DNA of 64,000 nucleotides from positions 544,935-608,934 of the forward strand of contig CAVXHI010000011.1 of assembly GCA_963761655.1 (NCBI GenBank), written 5' to 3'. The notes beneath the pieces are model-generated. The model was given only the letters and a program-made list of their open reading frames with translations. It did not search any database and was not told where the DNA came from. The first letter of the stretch is position 1. Every line of letters begins with the position of its first letter. Below are positions 9,405-22,224 of this stretch, in pieces. The DNA is from an uncultured Actinomycetota bacterium (GTDB lineage: Bacteria; Actinomycetota; Actinomycetes; Mycobacteriales; SCTD01). The position numbers and the translations under genes are program-made.

Positions 9405-10568
9405 GTGGACGACGCCTGGGACCTGGCCGTGGTCGGTGCCGGGCCGGCCGGGAGCGCCGCTGCGCTGGCCGCGCTGCGGGCCCGCCCGGACGCCCGGGTC
9501 CTGCTGCTGGACCGCGCCGACTTCCCCCGCGACAAGTCCTGCGGCGACGGCATCGCGCCCCACGCCCTCGACGAGCTGGCCCGCCTCGGGGTCGCCGACG
9601 TGCTGGCCGACCGCGTGCCCGTGTGGCACCTGCGGCTGCGCTCCCCCGGCGGCACCGAGGTCGTCCGGCGCCTGCACCGTCCGGACCACGTCGTGCCGCG
9701 CACCCTGTTCGACGCCCGCCTGGTCGAGGCCGCCGTCGCACGCGGTGCGGTGCTGCGCCGCCAGACGGTCCGCACCCTCGAGGTGCGCCCGGACCGCGTC
9801 GTGCTCGACGGCACGACGTCGGCGCGGGTCGTCGTCGGGGCGGACGGGGCGAACGGCGTCGTGCGGCGCCGGCTCGGTCTCGCCGGGCAGCCCGACGGCG
9901 CCAACGCCCTCGCGGTCCGCGGCTACGTGAAGACCGACCCCGGCGCGACGCCGGAGCAGGCGATCGTCATGGACGGGCGCGACTGGCCGGCGTACGCGTG
10001 GAGCTTCGACGCCGGTGACGGCACCGCGAACGTGGGCTTCGGGATGCTGCTGCCGAGCCTGCGGAGCTTCTCCGGGTCGGGCGGCCGGGGCGGCCGGGCC
10101 GAGCTGCACGGGCGCCTGCAGGAGCTGCTCCCGGGCACCGACGCGGAGCGGCTGCGCAGCCACCACCTGCCGCTGTCGACGGCGCGGCCGGTGCAGCCCT
10201 CCGGCCGGGTGCTGCTCGCCGGCGACGCCGCCTCCCTGGTGAACCCGCTCACCGGCGAGGGCATCTTCTACGCGCTGCTGTCCGGCCGGCTGGCCGGAGT
10301 GGCGGCCGCGACGACGACGGGCGACCCGGGGTCGGCGTACCGGGACGCGCTGCGGCGCGAGCTGGGGCGGCACCTGCGGCACACGTCGGTGCTCGCCCGG
10401 GCGACCCGCCCGCCCCGGGTGGTCGACGCCGGGGTGTCGGCGTCCGCGGCCTCGCCCGCCGCCTTCGACGCCCTCGTCGAGCTGGGACTGGGGCGCGGCC
10501 TGATCACCGCCCCGCTGGTGTCCGGGATGGCCCGGCACGTCGGGAAGGTCCTGGTCCGTCGCCGGTAG
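9405..10568 (+). CDS. FAD-dependent oxidoreductase, geranylgeranyl reductase family
   Basis: N-terminal Rossmann motif DLAVVGAGPAGSAAAL, CGDGI, and C-terminal LLAGDAASLVNPLTGEGI. GTG 9405 is in frame with ORF 9303..10568. Confidence 0.75.
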   Translation: MDDAWDLAVVGAGPAGSAAALAALRARPDARVLLLDRADFPRDKSCGDGIAPHALDELARLGVADVLADRVPVWHLRLRSPGGTEVVRRLHRPDHVVPRTLFDARLVEAAVARGAVLRRQTVRTLEVRPDRVVLDGTTSARVVVGADGANGVVRRRLGLAGQPDGANALAVRGYVKTDPGATPEQAIVMDGRDWPAYAWSFDAGDGTANVGFGMLLPSLRSFSGSGGRGGRAELHGRLQELLPGTDAERLRSHHLPLSTARPVQPSGRVLLAGDAASLVNPLTGEGIFYALLSGRLAGVAAATTTGDPGSAYRDALRRELGRHLRHTSVLARATRPPRVVDAGVSASAASPAAFDALVELGLGRGLITAPLVSGMARHVGKVLVRRR

Positions 10569-10671
10569 GTGTGCGTGTGCCCTTACAACGACCGTGCAAC
10601 ATGTGACGCGCTGACGTGACGCCGTTCACAGACTCTGGTTGGGTCCCTCTCACACCGACGAGGGGAAGCGC

Positions 10672-11463
10672 GTGCTCGAAGTCCACGACCTCGAGGTCAC
10701 CTACGGCGGGGCCGTGCAGGCCCTGCGTGGGGTGACCCTCACCGTGCCGGACGGCAAGGTGGTCGCCGTCCTCGGCAGCAACGGCGCCGGCAAGACGACC
10801 CTGCTGCGGGCGGTGTCCTCGGTGCTCAAGCTGCACCGCGGCCGCATCGAGGCGGGCTCGGTCACCTTCGACGGCAACGACCTCAAGGGCCGCGACCCGT
10901 CCGCCTGCGTGGGGATGGGCCTGGTGCAGGTCCCCGAGGGACGCCGCATCTTCAGCCGCCTGACCGTCGAGGAGAACCTCCGGGCCGGCGGCATGGGCGC
11001 CCGCGACAAGAGCACGCGCAAGGCGGCCACCGACCGGGTCTTCGACCTGTTCCCCGTGCTGGCCGACCGTCGCACCGGCCGGGCCGGGCTGCTGTCCGGC
11101 GGCGAGCAGCAGATGCTGGCGATCGGCCGCGCGCTGATGGCCGGGCCGAAGCTGCTCCTGCTCGACGAGCCGTCCCTCGGCCTGGCGCCGCGGATCATCG
11201 GCCAGATCGGCGACATCGTCCGGGAGATCAACCACCAGGGGACGTCGGTGCTGCTCGTGGAGCAGAACGCGACGATGGCCCTCGGCGTCGCCGACCTCGC
11301 CTACGTGCTCGACGTCGGGACGGTGTCGCTGCAGGGCGACGCCAAGGAGCTGGCCGCGACCGACGAGGTCCGCAAGCTCTACCTGGGCGAGCACGAGGAC
11401 GGTGGCGAGGTCCTCCCCGTCACCGCGAGCAGCACCAAGACCCTCACCCGGTGGGCCGGGTGA
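10672..11463 (+). CDS. livF: branched-chain amino acid ABC transporter ATP-binding protein (LivF-like)
   Basis: Walker A GSNGAGKTT, signature LSGGEQQMLAIGRAL and Walker B LLLLDEPSLGLAP. GTG 10672 follows GAGGGGAAG. Confidence 0.85.
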   Translation: MLEVHDLEVTYGGAVQALRGVTLTVPDGKVVAVLGSNGAGKTTLLRAVSSVLKLHRGRIEAGSVTFDGNDLKGRDPSACVGMGLVQVPEGRRIFSRLTVEENLRAGGMGARDKSTRKAATDRVFDLFPVLADRRTGRAGLLSGGEQQMLAIGRALMAGPKLLLLDEPSLGLAPRIIGQIGDIVREINHQGTSVLLVEQNATMALGVADLAYVLDVGTVSLQGDAKELAATDEVRKLYLGEHEDGGEVLPVTASSTKTLTRWAG

Positions 11464-12263
11464 GCGCCACGAGCACGGTCGCGCCGCTCGAGGTCCGCGA
11501 CGTCACGGTCCAGTTCGGCAACCTCAAGGCGCTGTCGGACGTGTCGTTCACCGTCGCGCCCGGCACGATCCACGCCGTCATCGGGCCGAACGGTGCGGGC
11601 AAGAGCACGATGTTCAACGTCCTGTCCGGCGTCTACAAGGCCAGCCAGGGCGAGGTCCGCTTCGGCGACGCCGTCCTGACCGACATGCGGCCGCACCAGA
11701 TCGCGAAGCTCCGGGTCGCCCGGGCGTTCCAGAACATCGCGCTGTCGGGCACCCAGACGGTCGCCGAGAACCTCATGCTCGGTCGGCACCACCTGACGAA
11801 GGCGGGCTTCCTCGCCGCCGGCCTGCGCCTGCCGCGGGCGACCCGGGAGGGCCAGAGGCACGGCGCCCGGGTCCGCGAGATCGCCGAGTTCCTCGAGCTC
11901 GGCGACAAGCTGCACACCCCGGTCGGCGTCCTGTCCTACGGCGACCAGAAGCGGGTCGAGGTCGCCCGGGCGCTGTGCACCGAGCCGGACCTGCTCCTGC
12001 TCGACGAGCCGGTCGCCGGGATGAACGCCGACGAGACGAGACGGATGGCGGTGGCCGTCCTGGAGATCCGGGCGGCGCTCGGCATCTCGGTCGTCCTGGT
12101 CGAGCACGACATGGGGATGGTGATGGGCATCGCCGACCGCGTGACGGTGCTCGACTTCGGCCGCCGGATCGCCGACGGCACGCCCGCAGAGGTCCAGAAC
12201 GACCCCGAGGTGATCCGCGCCTACCTCGGTTCGGGCGACGACGAGAGCGAGATCCCGGCGTGA
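11451..12263 (+). CDS. livG: branched-chain amino acid ABC transporter ATP-binding protein (LivG-like)
   Basis: Walker A GPNGAGKST, signature LSYGDQKRVEVARAL and LLLLDEPVAGMN. Overlaps the livF stop. Confidence 0.85.
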   Translation: MGRVSATSTVAPLEVRDVTVQFGNLKALSDVSFTVAPGTIHAVIGPNGAGKSTMFNVLSGVYKASQGEVRFGDAVLTDMRPHQIAKLRVARAFQNIALSGTQTVAENLMLGRHHLTKAGFLAAGLRLPRATREGQRHGARVREIAEFLELGDKLHTPVGVLSYGDQKRVEVARALCTEPDLLLLDEPVAGMNADETRRMAVAVLEIRAALGISVVLVEHDMGMVMGIADRVTVLDFGRRIADGTPAEVQNDPEVIRAYLGSGDDESEIPA

Positions 12264-13150
12264 CCCTGTTCCTGTCCCTGCTCCTCAACGGGCTCTCCGT
12301 CGGCGCGCTGTACGCGCTGATCGCCCTGGGGTTCACCATCATCTTCAAGGCCAGCGAGGTCGTGAGCTTCATGCACGGCTCGCTCCTGCTGCTCGGCGCC
12401 TACACGATCGCCCGGCTGTCCGACCCGCTCGGGTTCTGGCTGGCGGTGGTCGCGGGCATCCTCATCACGGCCGGCACCGGCCTGCTGGTGGAGCGCCTGC
12501 TCATCGACCGGCTGCGCGGCAGCTCGGTCATCAGCCTGGCCATCCTGACCATCGGCGTGAACATCATCCTGGTCACGGAGCTGACCCGGCGGATCGGCTC
12601 GGACATCCCCAACGTCCCCGCCCCGTGGGGCGGCGACGTGCTGCGGATCGGCGACGTCGGCATCAGCCAGAACCGGGCCATCGCCATGGTCGTCGCCGCC
12701 GTGCTCATCTCGCTGTTCTTCCTGGCCTTCCGGTTCTCCGACTGGGGCGTCGCCATGCGCGCCAACGCCGAGGACGGCGAGACGGCCGCGCTGATGGGCA
12801 TCCGGCCGGGGCGGGTGTCCGCCGTCGCCTGGGTGGTGGGCAGCGCGCTCGCCGCCGTCGCCGGTCTGTTCCTCGTCGGGGCCCCGACCCCGGGTGTCGC
12901 CGCGCAGGTGCAGTTCACCGCGCTCAAGGCCTTCCCCGCCGCCATCCTCGGCGGACTGGACTCCACCGCCGGCGCGCTCGTCGGCGGGCTCGTCATCGGC
13001 CTCACCGAGTCGTTCTGCGCCGGCTACCAGGACTCGCTGCTGTTCCTGGGCCGCGGGTTCAGCGACATCGCGCCGTACGTCGTCATGATCCTCGTCCTGC
13101 TGGTCCGGCCCTCCGGGCTGTTCGGCACCCGGGAGCTGACCCGTGTCTGA
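12260..13150 (+). CDS. livH: branched-chain amino acid ABC transporter permease (LivH-like)
   Basis: GTGA overlap with the livG stop. N-terminus LLLNGLSVGALYALIALGFTIIFKA is typical of LivH. Confidence 0.85.
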   Translation: MTLFLSLLLNGLSVGALYALIALGFTIIFKASEVVSFMHGSLLLLGAYTIARLSDPLGFWLAVVAGILITAGTGLLVERLLIDRLRGSSVISLAILTIGVNIILVTELTRRIGSDIPNVPAPWGGDVLRIGDVGISQNRAIAMVVAAVLISLFFLAFRFSDWGVAMRANAEDGETAALMGIRPGRVSAVAWVVGSALAAVAGLFLVGAPTPGVAAQVQFTALKAFPAAILGGLDSTAGALVGGLVIGLTESFCAGYQDSLLFLGRGFSDIAPYVVMILVLLVRPSGLFGTRELTRV

Positions 13151-14345
13151 CACCCTCACGACCCTCGGCGACGAGGTCGCCGCACCGGTCATGGACCGGG
13201 CACCCGGTGCCCGCCGCAGCTACGGCAAGCTCCTGCTCGGCCTCGCCGCCGTCCTGCTCCTGCTCGCGCTGCCCTACTTCGTCGAGGCCTTCTGGCTCAC
13301 CGTCGGCTTCGGCGTCTGCGGCGCGGCCATCGGCGCCATCGGCTTGAACCTGCTCGTCGGCACCACCGGCCAGCTGTCCCTGGCCCACGCGTTCTTCCTC
13401 GCCGTCGGCGCCACCACCTACGTCTTCGTGAGCGGCGAGTCCGGCGGCACCGCGACGAAGGTCAGCGGCCTGGGCCTGCCGCCCGCCGTCGGCCTGGTCG
13501 CGGGTGTCCTGCTGGCGGGCGTCGCCGGGCTGCTGTTCAGCCCGCTCGCGGCCCGGCTGCGCGGCATCTACCTCGGGGTGGCGTCCCTCGGCCTGGTCTT
13601 CCTCGGCGAGCACCTGCTGAACGTGGTGACGCCGGTGACCGGCGGCTACAACGGCCGCGCCACCCCGCCGTTCTCGCTGTTCGGCTTCTCGTTCACCGAC
13701 TCCGACCCCGACCTGTTCGTCGGAGGCGTGCCGTTCGGCGAGGCCGAGCGCGAGTGGTACCTCGGCCTCGCCCTGCTCGCCGTCGCCTGGTGGTTCGCGC
13801 ACAACCTGCTGCGCAGCCGCCCGGGCCGCGCGCTGCAGACCCTGCGCGACAGCGAGACCGCCGCCGCGGTGATGGGCGTCAACGTCCAGGGCTACAAGGC
13901 GCGCGTGTTCCTCGTCAGCAGCATGTACGCCGGCCTCGCCGGGGTGCTGCTCGCCCTGTCGATCGGCCTGGTCTCCCCGGAGTCGTTCACCCTCGACGTC
14001 AGCGTGCTCTTCCTCGCGATGATCGTCCTCGGCGGGCTCGGCTCGGTCGGCGGCGCGGTGGCGGGCGCGGTCTTCGTGCAGGCGCTGCCACGGGTCTTCG
14101 AGCGGTACTCCGAGGCCCTGCCGTTCCTGTCCGCCCCCGGGCAGGGCGGCCTGAACGCCGCCCAGGGCGCCCGGATCCTGTTCGGCCTCGCCGTCATCCT
14201 CGTCGTGCTGTTCCAGCCCGCCGGCCTCGCCGGCCTGGCCCGCGGTCGGACCGGCCGGCGTCGCAAGGCCGCAGCGACCACCACCACCTCCACCCCGCAG
14301 ACCGACACAGACCCCCGCACGACCACACAAGGGAGCACCTCATGA
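13143..14345 (+). CDS. livM: branched-chain amino acid ABC transporter permease (LivM-like)
   Basis: Polytopic. GLNLLVGTTGQLSLAHAFF and AAAVMGVNV..YKARVFLVSSMYAGLAG are typical of LivM. Overlaps the livH stop. Confidence 0.85.
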   Translation: MSDTLTTLGDEVAAPVMDRAPGARRSYGKLLLGLAAVLLLLALPYFVEAFWLTVGFGVCGAAIGAIGLNLLVGTTGQLSLAHAFFLAVGATTYVFVSGESGGTATKVSGLGLPPAVGLVAGVLLAGVAGLLFSPLAARLRGIYLGVASLGLVFLGEHLLNVVTPVTGGYNGRATPPFSLFGFSFTDSDPDLFVGGVPFGEAEREWYLGLALLAVAWWFAHNLLRSRPGRALQTLRDSETAAAVMGVNVQGYKARVFLVSSMYAGLAGVLLALSIGLVSPESFTLDVSVLFLAMIVLGGLGSVGGAVAGAVFVQALPRVFERYSEALPFLSAPGQGGLNAAQGARILFGLAVILVVLFQPAGLAGLARGRTGRRRKAAATTTTSTPQTDTDPRTTTQGSTS

Positions 14346-15592
14346 CCCACGGCAAGCGCACGGGCGTCCTGCTCGCGGCCGCCGTCCTCGCTGCGACCGC
14401 CGGTTGCAGCACCAAGGCGTCCGACGGCGGCGGGAGCGGCACCGGAGCCGGCTCCGGCGACGTGAAGACGTCGACCGGCGTCAAGGGCAACGAGATCACC
14501 CTGGGTGTCCTCACCGACCTCACGGGCGTCTTCGCGGCCCTCGGCGCCGACATCACGCAGGCGAACACGCTGTTCTGGGAGCAGCAGAACGCCGGCGAGA
14601 AGGTCTGCGGGAAGTACACCGTCAAGCTCACGATCCAGGACACCGGCTACGTGCCGCAGACGGGCGTGCAGCAGTACCAGGGCATGAAGAACGAGATCCT
14701 GGCCCTGCAGCAGACCATCGGCTCGCCGCTGAACACAGCGCTGGCCCCGAACTTCACGACCGACAAGATGGTCAACATCCCGTCCGCGTGGGCCCGCAAC
14801 CTCACCGAGACCGAGGGCAACATCGTCGCCGGCGCGACCTACGACGTCGAGCTCTACAACGGGCTGCAGTACGCGCTCGACAAGGGCCTGATCAAGAAGG
14901 GCGACAAGCTCGGCCACATCTACTTCGAGGGCGAGTACGGCGCCAACGGCCTCGCAGGTGCGAAGGCCTTCGCGAGCAAGAACGGCCTGACCGTCGTCGA
15001 GCAGAAGATCAAGTCGACGGACACCGACATGAGCTCGCAGGTCACGGCGCTCAAGAGCCAGGGGGTCAAGGCGATCGCCCTGACCGTCGGCCCGAAGCAG
15101 ACCGGTTCGGTGGCCGCCGTCGCCGCGCAGTCGGGCCTCGACGTCCCGCTGATCGGCAACAACCCGGTGTTCTCGCCGGCGCTGCTCAAGAGCCCGGCCG
15201 CCGCCGCGCTCAAGAAGAACCTGATCGTCGCGTCGCCGGCAACTCCTTCGTGCAGAACGACCAGCTGCTCAAGGACTACACCGCCAAGTACGCGGGGGCC
15301 ACCCCGAGCCTGGGTGTCGTCGTCGGCTACGGCGGACGCCGAGGTCATGAAGCAGATCCTCGAGAAGGCCTGCGAGAGCAAGGACCTCACCCGCGACGGC
15401 GTCCTGGCCGCCAAGAAGTCGCTGACGAACGTCGACACCGCCAGCCTGCTCGTGCCGCTCGACCTGTCGCTCGGCGCGGCGAAGAGCCCGAGCCGCAAGA
15501 GCTTCATCCTGCAGCCGGCCGACGTCGCGGGTGGCGCCAAGCTGCTCGGCGACGACGCGGTCGAGGCGCCGGACGCCTCCGTCCTGCCGTAG
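14342..15592 (+). CDS. ABC transporter substrate-binding lipoprotein (Leu/Ile/Val-binding family), with an internal roughly 95-nt out-of-frame patch
   Basis: ATGA overlap with the livM stop. Lipobox LAATAGC. Periplasmic binding-protein-like sequence throughout, except 15239-15334, where the plausible peptide NSFVQNDQLLKDYTAKYAGATPSLGVVVGYG lies in the -1 frame. Confidence 0.8.
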   Translation: MTHGKRTGVLLAAAVLAATAGCSTKASDGGGSGTGAGSGDVKTSTGVKGNEITLGVLTDLTGVFAALGADITQANTLFWEQQNAGEKVCGKYTVKLTIQDTGYVPQTGVQQYQGMKNEILALQQTIGSPLNTALAPNFTTDKMVNIPSAWARNLTETEGNIVAGATYDVELYNGLQYALDKGLIKKGDKLGHIYFEGEYGANGLAGAKAFASKNGLTVVEQKIKSTDTDMSSQVTALKSQGVKAIALTVGPKQTGSVAAVAAQSGLDVPLIGNNPVFSPALLKSPAAAALKKNLIVASPATPSCRTTSCSRTTPPSTRGPPRAWVSSSATADAEVMKQILEKACESKDLTRDGVLAAKKSLTNVDTASLLVPLDLSLGAAKSPSRKSFILQPADVAGGAKLLGDDAVEAPDASVLP

Positions 15593-15605
15593 GCCCCTGC
15601 ACGGC

Positions 15606-15643
15606 GAAGGCCCCCTCCCGCAGCGTCGCGGGAGGGGGCCTTC
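15606..15643. terminator. bidirectional intrinsic terminator hairpin between convergent genes
   Basis: Perfect 16-bp stem GAAGGCCCCCTCCCGC / GCGGGAGGGGGCCTTC with 6-nt loop AGCGTC. It lies 14 nt after the binding-protein stop and 18 nt before the GGDEF-EAL stop. Confidence 0.8.
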
Positions 15644-15660
15644 GTGCTGTCCCGTGCCTG

Positions 15661-18246
15661 TCAGCGCAGCAGGCCGTCGCCGTCGCCCGCCGGGACCGGG
15701 CGCCCGTAGTGGTAGCCCTGGGCCTCGTCGCAGGACAGGTCGACCAGGCGCGCGGCCTGGTCGGCCCGCTCCACGCCCTCCACCGCCACGAGCAGCCCCA
15801 GGCTGCGGGCCAGCGCGACCAGCGCGTCCGGCAGGTTCGCGCTGCGTGCCGACGACGCGGCGTCACCCAGGACCGAGGCCGGGATCTTCACGCTGTGCAG
15901 CGGCAGCTCCCCGAGCCGCTGCAGGGGCACCGACGAGGCGCCGAAGTCGTCCAGGGCGAAGCGGACGCCGAGGTCGGCCAGCTGGCCCATAGCCCGGCGC
16001 AGCACCGGGTCCGGCTGCTGCAGCGCGGCTCCCCCGACCTCCAGCACCAGCCGGGTGCCAGGCAGGCCCGCTGCCCGCAGCGCCGCCGCGACGGCGTCGG
16101 TCAGGCCGCCGTCGCGCAGCTCGGCGTCGGTGAGGTTGACGTTCACGGCGAGGCCCGCGGCGCGCTCGTCCTCGTCCCAGGCCCGCACCTGGTGCAGCGC
16201 GGTGGTGAGGACGTCGTGCCCGAGCCCGACCATGCGTCCGAGCCGGTCGGCCAGCGGGACGAACTCGTGCGGCAGCACCAGGCCGAGGTCGGGGTGCCTC
16301 CAGCGGGCCAGCGCCTCCACGCCGACCACGCGGCCGTCCGCGGGGTGGATCCGCCGCTGGTAGTGCACCTCGAGGCTGCCGGGCAGGACCGGCGCCTGCA
16401 GGCCCTGCACCAGCACGGTGACGCGGTCGTGCACCTCCGCGCGCGGGGGCTCCTCGACCTCGGCGACGCTCCAGTGCGCCCCCGGGGAGCGCTTGGCCAC
16501 GTACATGGCCCGGTCCGCGGCGTCGAGCAGGGCGCCGGCGTCCTGCCCGGCGCGCGCGACCGCGACCCCCACCGAGGACGTCAGCCGGACCGTGGACGCG
16601 CCGTGGGTGACGGGCATCGACAGCGCGTCGACGACCCGGGCCGCGACCAGGGTGGCCCGGTCCTGGCCGTCGAGCCCACGGACGAGCACCGCGAACTCGT
16701 CGCCACCGAGACGGGCGGCGAGGTCGCCTCCGCGCAGCAGTGCGGTCAGCCGCTCCCCCGACGTCCGCAGGAACGCGTCGCCGACCGCGTGGCCCAGCTG
16801 GTCGTTGAGCTGCTTGAAGCCGTCGACGTCGATGTAGAGGACCGCGACCGAGCCCTCGGCCTCCCGCTGGGCGAGCGCCACCTCGACCTGCGCCTCGAAG
16901 GCGGCCCGGCGCAGGAGCCCGGTGAGCTCGTCACGGCCCACCAGCTCCTCGAGCCGACGTGCGTCCTGCCTCGACGCCGCGAGCTGCTCGCGCAGCAGCC
17001 GGTTGGTCAGCACGCGGCCCAGCTGGGCGGCCAGCGCCTCGAGCAGGCGCAGGTCGGCGGCGTCGAAGCGGCGGGCGCCGCGGGCGCGGCCCGAGACCGC
17101 GAGGGCGCCCACGACGTGGCCGGCGACCTGCACGGGCGCGCTCACGAGGTCGAGGTAGCCGCGGGCCAGCAGGAAGCGGGCGAGCTCGGGGGCGAACGCC
17201 GACAGGTCGGTGCCGGGCAGGGTCGGCAGCAGCAGCGGGGCCCGCAGTGCCGGCAGCGCCTGGCGGGCCAGCACGTCGGGGACCGGTGGTGCCTGCAGAC
17301 GGTCGTCGCGCAGGTGCAGCATGCTCAGCGTGCGGCCGCCCTTGCGCTTGCCCGCGGGCCGCCCGTCCAGCAGCAGCTCCCCCCGGCTCCCGCCGAGACC
17401 CTCGACGGCCGACGCGAGCAGGGCCCGCGCCGGGTCGGCGTCCGCGACGGCGTCGGTCCCGCTGAGGAGCTCGAGGTCGGCCCGGGCGCGACCGCCGCGG
17501 GCAGCCGCGAGCAGGAGCAGGGCGGCCGCCGCTGCGGGCCCGAGCAGCAGCAGCGGCAGGGCCGCCGAGCCGGCCACCCGGCCCAGCAGGACGCCCGCGA
17601 CGGCGATGCCGGACCGGAGGGTGGGGGCGGCCAGGGCTGCGGCGGCGGCCAGGACCGCGGCGGGCCGGTGCCGGCCGGCGGTCTCCTGCCCGTCGGTCAG
17701 GGTGGACAGGGCGAGGGACAGCGCGTCGCGGACGCCGGCGGCGACCAGGACCGACACGAGGACCGCCCAGGCGCCCGACCACGCCGTGCCCGTGGTCGGC
17801 ACCGTGCCGCCCCCGCGCAGGACCTGGCACAGCGCCAGCCCGGTGGCGGCGCCGAGGGCGGCGACGGCGGTGTCGCCCGCGGTGCGCCACGGGGGGACGT
17901 CGCGGGTGAGCGCGGTCGCGACGAGCGTCCCGAGGGCGACGCCGAGCAGGACCGCCGCCGGCGACGTGAGCAGCAGGCCGGCGGCGAGCACCGCGCTGTG
18001 CAGCCCGACGGCGTGCAGCGGGCGCCGCCACGGGACGGGCACGGCGAGCAGGTGGGCCGCGGCGGTGCCGACGGCGACCAGGACCAGGCCGCGTCCGACC
18101 GCGGCGCCCGGCTCCCGCAGGCCCGACCCGGCCAGCCACAGCAGCCCCGTCAGCACCACGGCCGTGACCGTGAGCAGGAGCGGCGAGAGGTCGGCGCGGG
18201 CGTCCCACAGGTCCACAGGCCTGACTCGTCGCACTGCGTCCCTCAC
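15661..18246 (-). CDS. membrane sensor diguanylate cyclase/phosphodiesterase (polytopic N-terminus, GAF-like region, GGDEF, EAL)
   Basis: RLGGDEFAVLV (intact GGDEF), GVEALARW (EAL), and DDFG and EGVE downstream motifs. N-terminal about 300 aa is hydrophobic. The start is uncertain (GTG 18246 or 18234). Confidence 0.85.
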   Translation of the reverse strand: MRDAVRRVRPVDLWDARADLSPLLLTVTAVVLTGLLWLAGSGLREPGAAVGRGLVLVAVGTAAAHLLAVPVPWRRPLHAVGLHSAVLAAGLLLTSPAAVLLGVALGTLVATALTRDVPPWRTAGDTAVAALGAATGLALCQVLRGGGTVPTTGTAWSGAWAVLVSVLVAAGVRDALSLALSTLTDGQETAGRHRPAAVLAAAAALAAPTLRSGIAVAGVLLGRVAGSAALPLLLLGPAAAAALLLLAAARGGRARADLELLSGTDAVADADPARALLASAVEGLGGSRGELLLDGRPAGKRKGGRTLSMLHLRDDRLQAPPVPDVLARQALPALRAPLLLPTLPGTDLSAFAPELARFLLARGYLDLVSAPVQVAGHVVGALAVSGRARGARRFDAADLRLLEALAAQLGRVLTNRLLREQLAASRQDARRLEELVGRDELTGLLRRAAFEAQVEVALAQREAEGSVAVLYIDVDGFKQLNDQLGHAVGDAFLRTSGERLTALLRGGDLAARLGGDEFAVLVRGLDGQDRATLVAARVVDALSMPVTHGASTVRLTSSVGVAVARAGQDAGALLDAADRAMYVAKRSPGAHWSVAEVEEPPRAEVHDRVTVLVQGLQAPVLPGSLEVHYQRRIHPADGRVVGVEALARWRHPDLGLVLPHEFVPLADRLGRMVGLGHDVLTTALHQVRAWDEDERAAGLAVNVNLTDAELRDGGLTDAVAAALRAAGLPGTRLVLEVGGAALQQPDPVLRRAMGQLADLGVRFALDDFGASSVPLQRLGELPLHSVKIPASVLGDAASSARSANLPDALVALARSLGLLVAVEGVERADQAARLVDLSCDEAQGYHYGRPVPAGDGDGLLR

Positions 18247-18314
18247 GGTCTGGTCCAGGTGTTGCCGGTGCAACGAGTCGTCCGCGTTCTGGTGACGCAG
18301 AGCGACGACCGGAG

Positions 18315-18803
18315 TCAGACGAGCGTGCGGAGCACCTCGCCCTGCCTGCCGATCAGCTTCTCGACCAGAGGGGCCAGGAAGCCCTCGGCCTTGCCGCCCA
18401 GCAGCGGGACCCCGACCTTGACGTGCCCCTCGACGACCCACCGGGCGCCCGTGCCGGACGGCTCGACCCGGGTGCTGCCCCTGATCTCGCCGGGGCTGCC
18501 GGGGAACGCGACCTCCCAGGTGCCGCTCCGCACGCCGTCGACCTCGGGGCCCCAGACGTCGGTCTGGGTCACGGTCCCGTCCTTCGGGGCGAACCTCGAC
18601 AGGAACGACGGGATCCCGGCGGGGAGGTTGCGCCGCTGCACCACCCGGACGCCGCCGTCGGGCAGCTCCTCGCGCGACACCTGGGTGCTGCCGTCCTTGA
18701 GCCGCGCGTCGTTGGCCGGCGACCAGTCGGGGCCGGTCATGGCGGCGAAGACGGTCGGGACGTCGGCGTCGACCTCGACCTCGGCGTGCAGGGGCTTGCT
18801 CAC
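18315..18803 (-). CDS. SRPBCC-fold protein (DUF2505-like)
   Basis: 162-aa soluble ORF with high third-position GC. The pattern [23 protein letters not shown]... resembles polyketide cyclase/START-like small proteins. The family call is by resemblance only. Confidence 0.55.
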   Translation of the reverse strand: MSKPLHAEVEVDADVPTVFAAMTGPDWSPANDARLKDGSTQVSREELPDGGVRVVQRRNLPAGIPSFLSRFAPKDGTVTQTDVWGPEVDGVRSGTWEVAFPGSPGEIRGSTRVEPSGTGARWVVEGHVKVGVPLLGGKAEGFLAPLVEKLIGRQGEVLRTLV

Positions 18804-18870
18804 AGGGGACCTCCGGGAAGGGCGACGGCCGCCGGACCTCTCGGGTCGGCGGCCGTCGTCGCGGGCGCGG

Positions 18871-21054
<2,184 letters not shown>

Positions 21055-21131
21055 CAGAGGCTCCAGGCCGGCTCGGGACGGGACGTGCAGAGGGCGGGGA
21101 GGGCACGTCGCCCTCCCCGCCCGGGGTGCTG

Positions 21132-22148
<1,017 letters not shown>

Positions 22149-22224
22149 TCATCGAGGGCGCGCGGTGCGGGGTGCGTGCGTCCCCGACACCCTAGGACGC
22201 GTCCCGGAGCCCGCCGACGGCGGT

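Noticed and set aside
10619-10629. The 11-mer ACGCCGTTCAC occurs about 45 nt upstream of both the liv operon start (10619-10629) and the first LPXTG hydrolase start (38597-38607). GTCAC/GTTCAC-like half-sites also occur near 58045-58066.
   Set aside because: There are only two exact copies, the flanks do not align, and I found no matching -35 element for an ECF-type promoter. I cannot separate this from chance without a genome-wide motif search.
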